Below are positions 20,105 to 30,343 of a stretch of DNA of 64,000 bases, one piece after another. Numbering within the stretch: position 1 is the stretch's first letter; every line of letters starts with the position of its first letter. The DNA is taken from the NCBI GenBank assembly GCA_963703315.1, contig OY969811.1, forward strand, positions 2,368,001 to 2,432,000. Reading direction: 5' to 3'. A program made the translations under genes and the position numbers. Origin of the DNA: an uncultured cyanobacterium (GTDB taxonomy: Bacteria > Cyanobacteriota > Cyanobacteriia > Pseudanabaenales > Pseudanabaenaceae). The notes beneath the pieces were generated by a model. It saw only the letters and a list, made by a program, of their open reading frames with translations. It did no database searches and was not told where the DNA came from.

Positions 20105-21028
20105 TTGAGAGTGCCAAAGGTCGGGATTATATACAACGACGCAAAACCTGTCGCTGAGCGTGTAGCGTTGGATATGAAGTTATGGCTAGAAAAGCGTGAT
20201 ATCCAGACTGTTGTGGCGACGGGCAATGGCGGTATTTTGGGTTATGGTAAGCCAGATGCCCCTGTGTGTCACACACCAATCGAAAGCTTAGTACCCTTAG
20301 AATTTGATCGCGATGTCATGTTTGCAGTCGCTTTAGGGGGAGATGGGACTGTCCTATCTGCCTGCCGTCAAATCGCGCCTTTGGCTTTACCATTGCTCAA
20401 TGTAAATACAGGACACATGGGTTTTTTAACAGAAACCTATTTGACTGATTGGGAAGAAGCACTCTCCCAAGTCGTGGAGGGGCAGTATGTTGTCGAACAG
20501 CGATCGATGATGAGGGTGCGTGTTTACGACAGTCAAGGATTACTCTGGGAAGCCCTATCGTTAAACGAAATGGTGCTGCATCGTGAACCCTTGACGAGTA
20601 TGTGTCATTTTGAAGTGCAGATCGGTCATCATGTACCTGTAGATATTGCCGCAGACGGAGTAATTATTTCCACCCCTACAGGATCAACGGCTTACGCACT
20701 CTCGGCTGGAGGTCCCGTAATTGAGCCAGGGATTCCTGTCTTTCAGCTTATTCCCATTTGCGCGCACTCAATGGCATCGCGGGCTTTAGTTTTTGCGAAT
20801 ACTGAAAAAGCGATCGTCACCCCTGCAAATCGACATCGTTTGGTGTTAGTGGTTGATGGCAATGCAGGATGTTATGTCTATCCAGATTATCGGGTCGAGG
20901 TTGAGCGATCGCAGTATCCCGCCAGATTTATTCGTTTACAAAAAAGTGAATTTTTCAAAGTGTTGCGTGAAAAACTCGGTTGGGGGCTACCTCATATTTC
21001 TAAGCCAACTTTAGGCGAATTGACTTAA
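20105..21028 (+). CDS. nadK: NAD(+) kinase
   Basis: [41 protein letters not shown]. Confidence 0.95.
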   Translation: MRVPKVGIIYNDAKPVAERVALDMKLWLEKRDIQTVVATGNGGILGYGKPDAPVCHTPIESLVPLEFDRDVMFAVALGGDGTVLSACRQIAPLALPLLNVNTGHMGFLTETYLTDWEEALSQVVEGQYVVEQRSMMRVRVYDSQGLLWEALSLNEMVLHREPLTSMCHFEVQIGHHVPVDIAADGVIISTPTGSTAYALSAGGPVIEPGIPVFQLIPICAHSMASRALVFANTEKAIVTPANRHRLVLVVDGNAGCYVYPDYRVEVERSQYPARFIRLQKSEFFKVLREKLGWGLPHISKPTLGELT

Positions 21029-21054
21029 AATTCTAAAAGCTAATAACAGGCGCT

Positions 21055-21813
21055 ATGAGTCAAAGTCTCAACTTTGCAAACCAAGATTTGCGCGATCGCT
21101 CCTTTGAAGGTAAAAATTTGATCGGAGCAGACTTTAGTGGTGCAGATATTCGTGGCTGTAACTTTTGTCGCTCTCAACTTAAAGAAGCCAATTTTGCCAA
21201 TGTACGCGCTGGCAAGAGTCAGCGCCAAGCGGCGATCGCCAGCATCATGGCGTTTGTGATAGCACTGATGTTTGCAGGTACTGCCATGATTGCCAGTATC
21301 TTACTGATCTGCTTCATGGTTGTTTTTATTTTTGGAATTGCCATTGTCAATCGCGAAACAGTTTATTGGGTAGCCCTCGCAGCCATCATTGTGTTTGCAG
21401 TTGGCTTCGTAATTGCTTTTACAGGTAGCTTTACACTCTCAGGCTCCAAAGGAACTTCAACGGCTATTACCATTTCTCTGATTATTGCCTTTGCTTCAGG
21501 CTTTTTTGGCTCGACATTTACCAAAATATTAGTTATTGGTGCTTTTAATGCGATCGCTAATGCCTTAAGGTCTAATCCTTTTACGGCACTACTAACATTT
21601 ATAGCGATCGAGCCATTACAAATTTTTGGCAGTCTCTATTTATTTCGCCTTGCCATCAATGCCCCTCGCATCACTTTAGGCACAAAGTTTAAGTACGCCG
21701 ACCTCACCAACGCCTCATTTCATCGTGCAACTTTAGTAAATTGTGATTTTTCCAATGCGATCGTCAATGATGTTAATTGGGAGCAAGCCCAAATATATCG
21801 TTGCAAACTGTAA
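21055..21813 (+). CDS. Pentapeptide-repeat membrane protein
   Basis: A(D/N)F pentapeptide repeats at both ends flanking several TM helices. Confidence 0.85.
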   Translation: MSQSLNFANQDLRDRSFEGKNLIGADFSGADIRGCNFCRSQLKEANFANVRAGKSQRQAAIASIMAFVIALMFAGTAMIASILLICFMVVFIFGIAIVNRETVYWVALAAIIVFAVGFVIAFTGSFTLSGSKGTSTAITISLIIAFASGFFGSTFTKILVIGAFNAIANALRSNPFTALLTFIAIEPLQIFGSLYLFRLAINAPRITLGTKFKYADLTNASFHRATLVNCDFSNAIVNDVNWEQAQIYRCKL

Positions 21814-21909
21814 AAAAAGAGGAGTCACTTTGTGACTCCTCTTTTTTATAACGATTTCTAGAGTTAATTTTTTGGAATTGTTTTTGAAAATACTCAAAGA
21901 TGTTGTGTG

Positions 21910-23286
21910 CTATTTTGTTTGATATGTTTGCTCTAGCATGGATATAGTTTTGCGATAGTCTATTGCGGCGGCAGCTTTGGTAATGTGAATCTCACCTTGT
22001 ATTGAGTTAGTTTCTTCAGCAATTTGTTTTACAGCTTCTGCAATCTCTTCTAGATCAACTTTAAAAAATTCTTTGCGCTCGTTAACTTTATTGACACGGC
22101 GATGGTGAAAACGCTTATGTAATAGATTTTCTAGCTCTGGTGCATTGTGGCAAAAAATAATAGCGTGAACATCAAAGGGAAAAGGTACTGATGCATCACC
22201 CAATTCATTAACTCGATCCATTGGATCTAGCCTTCTGGTCATACCAATTTTATAAACGTGTTCACCGAAAGCTCCAATGTTAGAAATGATATAAACGTGT
22301 CCAGATTTAGTCATTTGAGCGCGAGAAATTGCACGTTCTTTGTTAGTATGCGCCTCTTCTAGCTGCTGGGTTAGTTGTAGTATTTGAGCTTCTAACTTAT
22401 CTCGTTGTTTACCTGTGGCTTGCTCAATTTCAAGGCGTGCTTTTTCAAGTGATTGCTGATAGCGTTGCTCTTCTTTTTCGGCATCTAGCTTAGCTTTTTC
22501 AATTTCACGTAGCGCTCGTTCTTCCTCTTTCATCTGCTCACGAATACGCCGTTGTTCTTCGATTTCCTCTTGCTTTTTCTCTTGATATTCGTGGTAAAGA
22601 TGTAGTTCTTCTATCTTTGCATTGAAATATTCATTGCTAATCAAGCAGTAGGTTGTTTCTGCAAGCTTGTTAATAGCTTCAAAAGCTTTATTTATACGAG
22701 TTTCTTGAGTGCTAACATTATTGTATTTAACTTTAGCGATTGCTGCATCACTTTCTCCATTAAATGCCCTAAGAACTAGTTTGATAAAGTTATTAACTAG
22801 CTTTTCACCTTTTTTTACACTACCTTCTAAAGTGATTGACGCAATGGAAGTAACTGCTTGTCCAGATTTTATAAGTTGTTTCTGTTGCTCTCGAATTAGT
22901 TCAAGGCGTGATTGATATTGTGCAGAATCTTCAAAGCTATGTTTGGGCTGGTAGAAAGCAATTGCATGAAGATTATCTTCTTCTTCCAGAGCCCGAACAA
23001 TTTCTTCTAATGCATTTTTTTGTTTGGATAGCTGAGAAATATCCTGTTTAAGTTGAGATATTTTATCTGCGAGCTTTTGTTCATGATCTTCTTTATCAAT
23101 AATGCCACTATATTGATCGAGATGCTTTTGAACGCGCTGCCGATCTTGAGTTGTCTGGCGTAGCTGCTCTTGGAGTCTAGTTTGACTTATGGTTGATTCT
23201 TCCCGATTTCTTTTTATTTGTTGGTATAAATAAATATTGCCACCTACAAGTGAAAGAAATACTATTGAGAGCAAAAATTCAACCAT
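21910..23286 (-). CDS. DUF4041 domain protein with C-terminal T5orf172/GIY-YIG-like domain
   Basis: N-terminal TM, coiled coil, LRAFNGESD, GHVYIISNIGAFG...KIGMTRRLDPMDRVNELGDASVPFPFDVH...RKEFF. Confidence 0.85.
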   Translation of the reverse strand: MVEFLLSIVFLSLVGGNIYLYQQIKRNREESTISQTRLQEQLRQTTQDRQRVQKHLDQYSGIIDKEDHEQKLADKISQLKQDISQLSKQKNALEEIVRALEEEDNLHAIAFYQPKHSFEDSAQYQSRLELIREQQKQLIKSGQAVTSIASITLEGSVKKGEKLVNNFIKLVLRAFNGESDAAIAKVKYNNVSTQETRINKAFEAINKLAETTYCLISNEYFNAKIEELHLYHEYQEKKQEEIEEQRRIREQMKEEERALREIEKAKLDAEKEEQRYQQSLEKARLEIEQATGKQRDKLEAQILQLTQQLEEAHTNKERAISRAQMTKSGHVYIISNIGAFGEHVYKIGMTRRLDPMDRVNELGDASVPFPFDVHAIIFCHNAPELENLLHKRFHHRRVNKVNERKEFFKVDLEEIAEAVKQIAEETNSIQGEIHITKAAAAIDYRKTISMLEQTYQTK

Positions 23287-23437
23287 AACTAGTGTTCCCC
23301 AAAATCAAGAAAGTGATTTTTTTATAATATCAGCAATTTAATATAAAGCCAATAAAAACAAGCTTGCTAAAAATGTTGGTTCATAACACTTTCAACAAGC
23401 TTGTTTTTAGGACTAACTAACACAAAGGGGTTAATTT

Positions 23438-24466
23438 TTATTCGTCTTCTGCAAACTGATAGCGGAATAGATCCTTAGGATCGGGTTCAGGAGATGTTTC
23501 GGCAAAGCGGACACATTCCTCGACCTCATCACGGATCTTTTTATCGATCGCTTTTAACTGACTCTCTTCTACTAAGCCATGCTCTAAAATACGGCTAGCA
23601 AAAATTTTAATCGGATCGCGACCAAACCACTTATCCTTATCTTCCTTGCTGCGTAACTCATCTGGGTCAGCGAGGGAGTGACCTCTAAAACGATAGGTCA
23701 TACATTCTAAAACTGTAGGACCTTCACCCGCACGGGCGCGACGGACTGCCTCTTGAGTACGTTCACGCACTGCCAACACATCCATACCATCCACTTCATA
23801 GCCCGGCATCCCAAAAGCTTCAGCTTTTTTGTGAATCCTGACATCAGAGGTTGCCCGAACGTGCTTCATCCCGATCGCCCAATCATTATTCTCGATCACA
23901 AAAATAATCGGCAACTTCCACAAAGCCGCCATATTTAGCGTCTCGAAAAATTGACCATTGTTACTTGCGCCATCACCAAAGAAACAAGCAGTCACTTGAT
24001 CCGCATTTGGATCGCCCATCACTTCACGGCGATATTTCGACTGAAAAGCTGCTCCCGCCGCTACAGGAATCCCCTCTGCTACGAAAGCATAGCCGCCCAA
24101 AAAGTTATTCTTGGCGGAGAAGATGTGCATGGAGCCGCCACGCCCCTTACTGCATCCTGTTTCTTTGCCAAATAGTTCTGCCATGACTTCATTAGCAGTG
24201 ACACCTGCGCTCAGAGCATGAACGTGGTCACGGTACGTGCTACATACATAGTCATCGGGACGCATCGCCTTAATCACGCCAGAGGCGACGGCTTCTTGAC
24301 CGTTGTACAAATGCACAAAGCCAAACATTCTGCCGCGATAATACATTTCCGCGCACTTGTCCTCAAAAGTACGCCCCAAAACCATGTCTTCGTAAACAAT
24401 TAGGGCTTCTTCTGGAGTGATATTAAGTGCAGAAGTCGAAACAGTTGCAATGGTTTCTGGGGGCAT
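23438..24466 (-). CDS. pdhA: Pyruvate dehydrogenase E1 alpha subunit
   Basis: [38 protein letters not shown]. Confidence 0.97.
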   Translation of the reverse strand: MPPETIATVSTSALNITPEEALIVYEDMVLGRTFEDKCAEMYYRGRMFGFVHLYNGQEAVASGVIKAMRPDDYVCSTYRDHVHALSAGVTANEVMAELFGKETGCSKGRGGSMHIFSAKNNFLGGYAFVAEGIPVAAGAAFQSKYRREVMGDPNADQVTACFFGDGASNNGQFFETLNMAALWKLPIIFVIENNDWAIGMKHVRATSDVRIHKKAEAFGMPGYEVDGMDVLAVRERTQEAVRRARAGEGPTVLECMTYRFRGHSLADPDELRSKEDKDKWFGRDPIKIFASRILEHGLVEESQLKAIDKKIRDEVEECVRFAETSPEPDPKDLFRYQFAEDE

Positions 24467-24787
24467 CGATTCAGTAATTGTGCTAATCGTTAAATTTTTC
24501 TTTTGCTAGTTTAGCAGTGAATGTCTATTGCAGTACAGATATTAGCTGGGACACCAGCAATTCTCATTATGACTTTTGATTTGCTTAAGCCGTCAAATTT
24601 TCAACGAAGGCATCTGCTTTTCAAGGACAATTATTGCAACTATTCTCAATAATTGTCGCCAGATCAAGGCAAAATTTCCATAATTGAGAATTGCTGATTC
24701 CAGCCTAAACTAAAATCTAGTAAGTCCCTCAAATAGGTAAAATAATTTATCTAATTCTTCTATACCTAAACTATTTTGCCCTGATTA

Positions 24788-24901
24788 ATACCAAAACACA
24801 AAATAAAGACGACAGATGCTTATTGTAAAAATACACGTAAAAACAAGATCGATCTAGAGTCAGTAAATATTATCTGTCGCCCTACCTAAGTGATTTGGTA
24901 T
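24788..24901. repeat. MITE-like element with ATACCAAA termini
   Basis: Terminal inverted repeat ATACCAAAACAC / GTGATTTGGTAT with inner inverted repeat CGACAGAT / ATCTGTCG. Confidence 0.5.
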
Positions 24902-24942
24902 AACTCTTTTTCTAGTTAGGCGATCGCCCCCCCTACAAATCT

Positions 24943-25179
24943 ATGACCATCACTGTCACCATACCCGAAGCCAGTCAGCAATTTTCCCAACTAATGGGAC
25001 GAGTTCTGCTTGGCGAAGAAATTATCATCTGTGAAAATGGCATAGCAGTCGCCACAATCACACCCAGCCAACGAAAACGACAACCTCGCGTAGCAGGTCA
25101 AGACAAAGGCAAAATTTCTATTGCGCCCGACTTTAACGCACCATTGCCTGACGATATTCTTGTTGACTTTCTTGGTTAA
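24943..25179 (+). CDS. Type II TA antitoxin, Phd/YefM family
   Basis: VTIPEA...FSQL...V..GEEIII...G..VA and GKI.IAPDFNAPLPDD; lies directly upstream of a PIN toxin gene. Confidence 0.88.
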   Translation: MTITVTIPEASQQFSQLMGRVLLGEEIIICENGIAVATITPSQRKRQPRVAGQDKGKISIAPDFNAPLPDDILVDFLG

Positions 25180-25184
25180 AGATC

Positions 25185-25795
25185 ATGAAAGTATTACTTC
25201 CCACATTCCGCTCGTAATGGAGGCCTAAAAATATTTACAACGAGACAATGAGGGTTTCAGCGATTTTCTGGAAAATTAATGATAATAACTCCTATTAGTA
25301 CGTCATTATTGACAATATTAAGATAGTGTTATTTTTCTGACGAAAGCCCAAAATACTTACTGTATAAGGATTTGTTTTCTAAATATTTTTTTCAGTAAAA
25401 TAAGAGCGGAATGTGGGTTACTTGATACCCATACGTTTCTTTGGTGGGTTGCCGATGATCCGCAAATATCCGTAACCGCCAAAAATATTATTACCAATCC
25501 AGATAATGATATTTACCTTAGCGTTGTCAGTGCTTGGGAAATTATTATTAAAGTCGGCATTGGCAAACTATCATTATGCGAACCACCAGAAATTTATATC
25601 CCCACTCGTATCGCTTCTAATCAGTTTGAGATTCTACCTGTTCAAATATCCCATATCTTAGAAATCAATAGCTTACCCAACTTTCATAAAGATCCTTTTG
25701 ATCGCCTATTAATTGCTCAAAGCCTTGTCGAAAATTTTCCTCTGATAACGGTAGATAGCGCGATCGCACAGTATCCAGTTCAAACAATCTGGTAA
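25185..25795 (+). pseudogene. vapC: VapC (PIN-domain) toxin interrupted by a MITE after codon 5
   Basis: Removing 25200-25417 plus one TTACTT restores MKVLLDTHTFLWW...SVVSAWEIIIK...HKDPFDRLLIAQS...QTIW*. Confidence 0.88.
25200..25417. mobile_element. 218-bp MITE with 14-bp terminal inverted repeats and 6-bp target duplication
   Basis: TIR CCCACATTCCGCTC / GAGCGGAATGTGGG; TTACTT duplicated at 25194-25199 and 25418-25423; too short for a transposase. Confidence 0.9.
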
Positions 25796-25879
25796 CTTGG
25801 TGACCACATCAAATTGATCGCTAATATGATAATTCTTGCTCCAGAAAATTTTCTCGAAATTGCTGAAGATTGATCGCCA

Positions 25880-27315
25880 CTAAGTTTTTCTCAATCTTCT
25901 CAGGTCGATTTTAGCGCGGAGTTCATCTTTGATTCTGGCTAGGATTGAATCTTCATCAATGGTTTCCAAAATTCTTTTAACTACGGCTTTGGGCCATCGG
26001 CTCCCCATGATGCACCGTTGGCGAGATATTCCTTAGTGACTAATCCCAACGCATAGGTAGAGAAACCTGCCACTCCTGCTTGGGCGATCGCTACGGACAC
26101 ATAGCCGCCCAACGTTGCACCACCTGTGACGGGCGCGGCGATACCCAACAAACTTTTGAGTGAGCTTAAACCGAAGTTTGCGAGAAACTCGCTGGCACTG
26201 ATACCGCCCATACCGATCGCGATTTTTTGCATCAGAGAGATTGCACCGCGATTACTCATATTGATGCCATATAGCTTGGATAAAGCCACAATCATCGACA
26301 CATCAATAATCGCACTGGTAATTACATCAACGACAGTGAAAGGATTAACGGCGATCGCAACGGCTTGGGTGATTACACAATTCCAGATGATGCGATTGGC
26401 TTGGCGATCGCGCACAAACATTTTGCGTTGGACTACGCGCTCCTGAACCATATCCGCAAACATCATTGTGTTTAAGGCAATTAAAGATTTGCCTTCGCGA
26501 TCAAGTACTTCTAGAATTTTTAACTTTAAATCTTCAATTTGGGGCTTGCCGTTAACTAGCTCGGCTTCAAAGGAACCATCGGGCTGACGGATTGCCTTAG
26601 CCACAAGGGGCGAAGCTGCTGTCATCACAATCTCGTCTTGGGTTAGTAGTTCTTTAACTCTGTCATCCCGAATTTTGGCATAAATAGCAAGGCGATCTTC
26701 AGGGGGATATTGATCGATTTTGTTGAATACTAGCAAAATCGGCTTGCTTGCGCCCCTTAGTTCCGAAAGCGCCTCGTACTCAACTTTAGTCATATCTCCC
26801 GCTACAATAAACAGAATTAAATCTGCTTGTTGAGCAATGCGTTTGGCAAGTTCCGCCCGACCTTCCCCATCAACTTCATCAATGCCGGGGGTATCGATAA
26901 GTTCAATTCTGGCTTCGCCTTTACCCTGAAATGAAGCTTTGAGAATAGTGCGATCGCCATTGGATTGCATTGCCTCGCGGGAGATTTGCCATTCGGCGGC
27001 TTGCCGACTTGTTGTCACCCCATGCAAGGGTCCAGTCTCGAAAACTTGTCCCCCCATCAACGCATTTAGTACCGATGACTTACCACGCCCCACCATCCCA
27101 AATACCGCAATTTGCAAGACTTGACGCTCTAGTTTATCGAGCATTTGCTGAAGTTCTTCGAGGGGTTCCTCTAGTCCGCGTCTTTCGCGTTCTGACAAGT
27201 CAAGATTGGCGACAATATCTCGTAGAGTACGCTTTGCTTGACGATAATTTAGCTCCTCAAAAATCTCATCAAAACTGAGAAAGTTTTCATCTTGTGGCAT
27301 AACGTTGCTAGGCAT
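25880..27315 (-). CDS. GTP-binding protein with DUF697 (YcjF-like); apparent 1-bp frameshift near the 3' end
   Basis: GMVGRGKSS, DTPG, NKID motifs; ORF stops at 25981 (GADGPKP*) but an adjacent frame continues AVVKRILETIDEDSILARIKDELRAKIDLRRLRKT* to 25880. Confidence 0.8.
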
Positions 27316-27634
27316 AATTATTTAACTTATAAGAGTGGCGGCGCTTTGCGCCGCTACTCTCTTCTGAGTATCGCGACAACAGTAAAGATTCTGTAGGAAC
27401 TATACTTATGATATTAGAGTCTTAAAGAATGCGGTAAGAGGTAACAATTCACTCGCGAATTGTGAAAAAGCTGCTATAAAGAGGTTGCCTTTTGGAATGA
27501 GATGTTGTTAAAGTTGCGAACAAATAGCGCTCAAGCAACTAGTTTTTACTTTTACCTTATTACCTTTTACCTTTTAACTTGTGCCTCACTTACTTTCCCA
27601 AATAAAACCAATAAATATCGTAGCTAGGAGAAAT

Positions 27635-28480
27635 ATGTCCGTATTCAAGTCGTTGGTTAGTCTAGCAGCCACCGCAGGTGTCGCAGGGGCGATCGCTGTT
27701 AGTCCCATATTTACTCTCAAAGCTGAAGCTCTCACCGAAGCACAAGTTTTAGAGCGCTTAGGCAGTATTCCTGTTTTCACCATTACTGATGATAAAGGCT
27801 CACCGCTTTTGGGAGCAGTACCACAACAACCGAATGCTAAGCCCGATGATAGTCAGCTTTTGTTTTTCTTCCTCGGTCCTGATGAAGCTCAGCAGATGCT
27901 AACTCAAGTCCAAAAATCAAATCCTGATGTTGGCAAAAAAGCGCAGATCATCGTACGTTCGATGAACGATGCTTATCAAGTGATCCGTCAAAACAAAGAC
28001 AAAAAAGTTGTTTTTCAGTTTATCCCCTCCAAATCAAGTATTGATTCGGCTCGGACGATTTTGACGGCTCAGGGTGTGGCTGCGGACAAAATCCCCAATG
28101 TGCCTGTTTTCTTTGCGATCGGCGGTCAAGACAAGAATCAAGGCTTATTAACCATGAGCATTGATCAAAATGGCAAGAAAGAGCAAGTTGTGCCTTTCTT
28201 TTTAGATAAGACAGATCTCCAAAATTTGCTCGATCGCGCTAGCAAGGATCAGCCTGATGTTACTAAATCCACAAAGATCCAAGTTGCATCATTGTTTCAA
28301 GTCCTAGACTCAATGGTATCCAAGGATAACAAGCCCAATCCTGAAGTTGAGCGCTTTCAGTTTGTACCATCACGTACTTCGTTTGAGTACATTCTCAAAA
28401 ACTCAAAACAATCCGCAAATCCTCAACTAGCACCTCAAGCTACACCAGCAAACACACCAAAAGTTACTCCCAAAAAGTAA
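27635..28480 (+). CDS. Tic22 family periplasmic protein
   Basis: AGGAG RBS, signal peptide (AEA-LTE), IPVFTITD..GSPL, VPVF, VPFFLDK.DLQ. Confidence 0.88.
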   Translation: MSVFKSLVSLAATAGVAGAIAVSPIFTLKAEALTEAQVLERLGSIPVFTITDDKGSPLLGAVPQQPNAKPDDSQLLFFFLGPDEAQQMLTQVQKSNPDVGKKAQIIVRSMNDAYQVIRQNKDKKVVFQFIPSKSSIDSARTILTAQGVAADKIPNVPVFFAIGGQDKNQGLLTMSIDQNGKKEQVVPFFLDKTDLQNLLDRASKDQPDVTKSTKIQVASLFQVLDSMVSKDNKPNPEVERFQFVPSRTSFEYILKNSKQSANPQLAPQATPANTPKVTPKK

Positions 28481-28524
28481 TTAACCAACAATAAAAAGGG
28501 GCGCTAAGCGCCCCTTTTTTATGA

Positions 28525-30081
28525 TTACCAATCCCAATCAGAGTCTTGATTGTTGCGACCACGATTACTGCCATAGCCAGTCTCACGAGGTTCGCGATCG
28601 CCATAGTTACGATTAGAATAATCGCGAGATGAGCCATAATCACGGCTATCCCGCTCTTTGGGTGCATAATCCCTATTTACATTTACATCTCTTTGATCGC
28701 GTTGATCGCGGGAATAGTCGCGAGGAGATTCACGGGTATAGTCACGATTATTTTGATTATCACGGGTAGCATCACGATTGATATAGGTTGAAGGAGCCGC
28801 AGGTTTAGATTCAGGTGCGCCGCCAAAAGCAATTAAAAGTGGGAAACGCAATAAATCTACAGCGATCAATTCCTCAGATTCATCGATGACAACGAGAGGC
28901 ATCAGTCCTTCTTTGACAAGGCGATCGCCTTTAGTGGCAAGTGGTTCAGGATCTTCAAATAGGGCAATACCTTTATCGGAGCCAAAATGCTCTCTGGTTA
29001 AGCCTAAACAATCTTGAAAACCCCGTCGCCATTCACCGAGACGTTCAGGAGAAGTCGCTAAAACCAACACCCGTATTTTTTCACCATAAACCGCCTTGAG
29101 AACAGAAATTGCTGCCGAGGTAACTAAAATATTTTGTAAGCGGGTTCCCATCGTCCGAACTGCACCACGCCCTGACTGTTCAAAAAACCACTTCGAGACG
29201 CGATCGGCATGAACCTGCTCAAAGGTGCGTCTGAGCTTCCATGCTGGTCCATAGTAATCGGGTAGGGTACGATAACGGTCTAAAAGCTGATCCACCCTTT
29301 GTTTATATTCAGCAAAGGTTTGGGCTGACAGTAGTAATGGTTCAGTTTCTTTGGGGGCTTGTTTTTCAGTAACTACTACGGTTTCCGCGACAGGTTTGCT
29401 CGGTGGCGCAACGAGATTGAGTTTTTCGGCACTAGCTACCAAATCTTGCAAGCTGCCAACCAGATAATCTTTAAAACCTTGAACACGGATCGCGATATCC
29501 TGTGAGGCTCCTGCATAGGTACTAGTCATTTCTTTGTCAAGACGCTCTTTTCGCTTTTCAAGGACAGCGATCGCGGCTTGGAGTTCTTGCTTTTGATATT
29601 CGAGTCGCGCCACATCGGCTTGAGCTAAGCGAATGATGCCTGCCTGTAAGTCATCTATTTGTTCCTGTAAAACTTTAGCCTTTGTGGTTTTGAGATGATC
29701 TAGCTCAGCTTTAAGAGCAGACTCCTCCTGTTTTAATTGAGCAATAATTGTTGATTGTTCCGAAATTTCAGAGACTTCTAAAATGTCTAATTTTTCTGCC
29801 TCTACAGATGATGCAGGTTGTAACTTAACTTCTGAAACGGCTACATTTTCCAAAGTTTCCGAAGGTTTCAAAGTTTCAGATGCTTCGTCAGCGATCGCCA
29901 TAATTTCGGCTGTTGGTTCAGGTGTTTGATCAGGAATATCCTCAGGAATATCGTCACCTATAGATTCATCCCAAGACTCATTAAGGCTTACTGGTGTAGC
30001 GATCGCTTCAGGTGTTTCTCCTTGGTCAGATGGATTTAAAGGATTTAAATTTGATTCTACAGGCAGTTGATCGGACTCCAT
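28525..30081 (-). CDS. DUF3086 domain protein with acidic N-terminus and RDY-rich disordered tail
   Basis: SQDIAIRVQGFKDYLVGSLQDL, PDYYGPAWKLRRTFE, PERLGEWRRGFQDCLG. Confidence 0.85.
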   Translation of the reverse strand: MESDQLPVESNLNPLNPSDQGETPEAIATPVSLNESWDESIGDDIPEDIPDQTPEPTAEIMAIADEASETLKPSETLENVAVSEVKLQPASSVEAEKLDILEVSEISEQSTIIAQLKQEESALKAELDHLKTTKAKVLQEQIDDLQAGIIRLAQADVARLEYQKQELQAAIAVLEKRKERLDKEMTSTYAGASQDIAIRVQGFKDYLVGSLQDLVASAEKLNLVAPPSKPVAETVVVTEKQAPKETEPLLLSAQTFAEYKQRVDQLLDRYRTLPDYYGPAWKLRRTFEQVHADRVSKWFFEQSGRGAVRTMGTRLQNILVTSAAISVLKAVYGEKIRVLVLATSPERLGEWRRGFQDCLGLTREHFGSDKGIALFEDPEPLATKGDRLVKEGLMPLVVIDESEELIAVDLLRFPLLIAFGGAPESKPAAPSTYINRDATRDNQNNRDYTRESPRDYSRDQRDQRDVNVNRDYAPKERDSRDYGSSRDYSNRNYGDREPRETGYGSNRGRNNQDSDWDW

Positions 30082-30343
30082 AAGGTTCTCATCGCATCGG
30101 GCTTACCTATTTTATACCAAATTCAAAAACCCAGATTGAGATTGCAGTGCAAAGTGCCGTAATCTCAATCTGGGTTTTGCATCCTCAGCAAATCTTGCTT
30201 GGCGATCGCATCGGATTAAGGCTCAGATGTTTTGATAACTCTAAATCTCTACAAAGTTGTGGTACATCCTGCGCGTACACCACTTTTAGAGATAGTTCTT
30301 AATTATGTCGAGATACTTATCGCTATATAATGGCTGAACTAAT

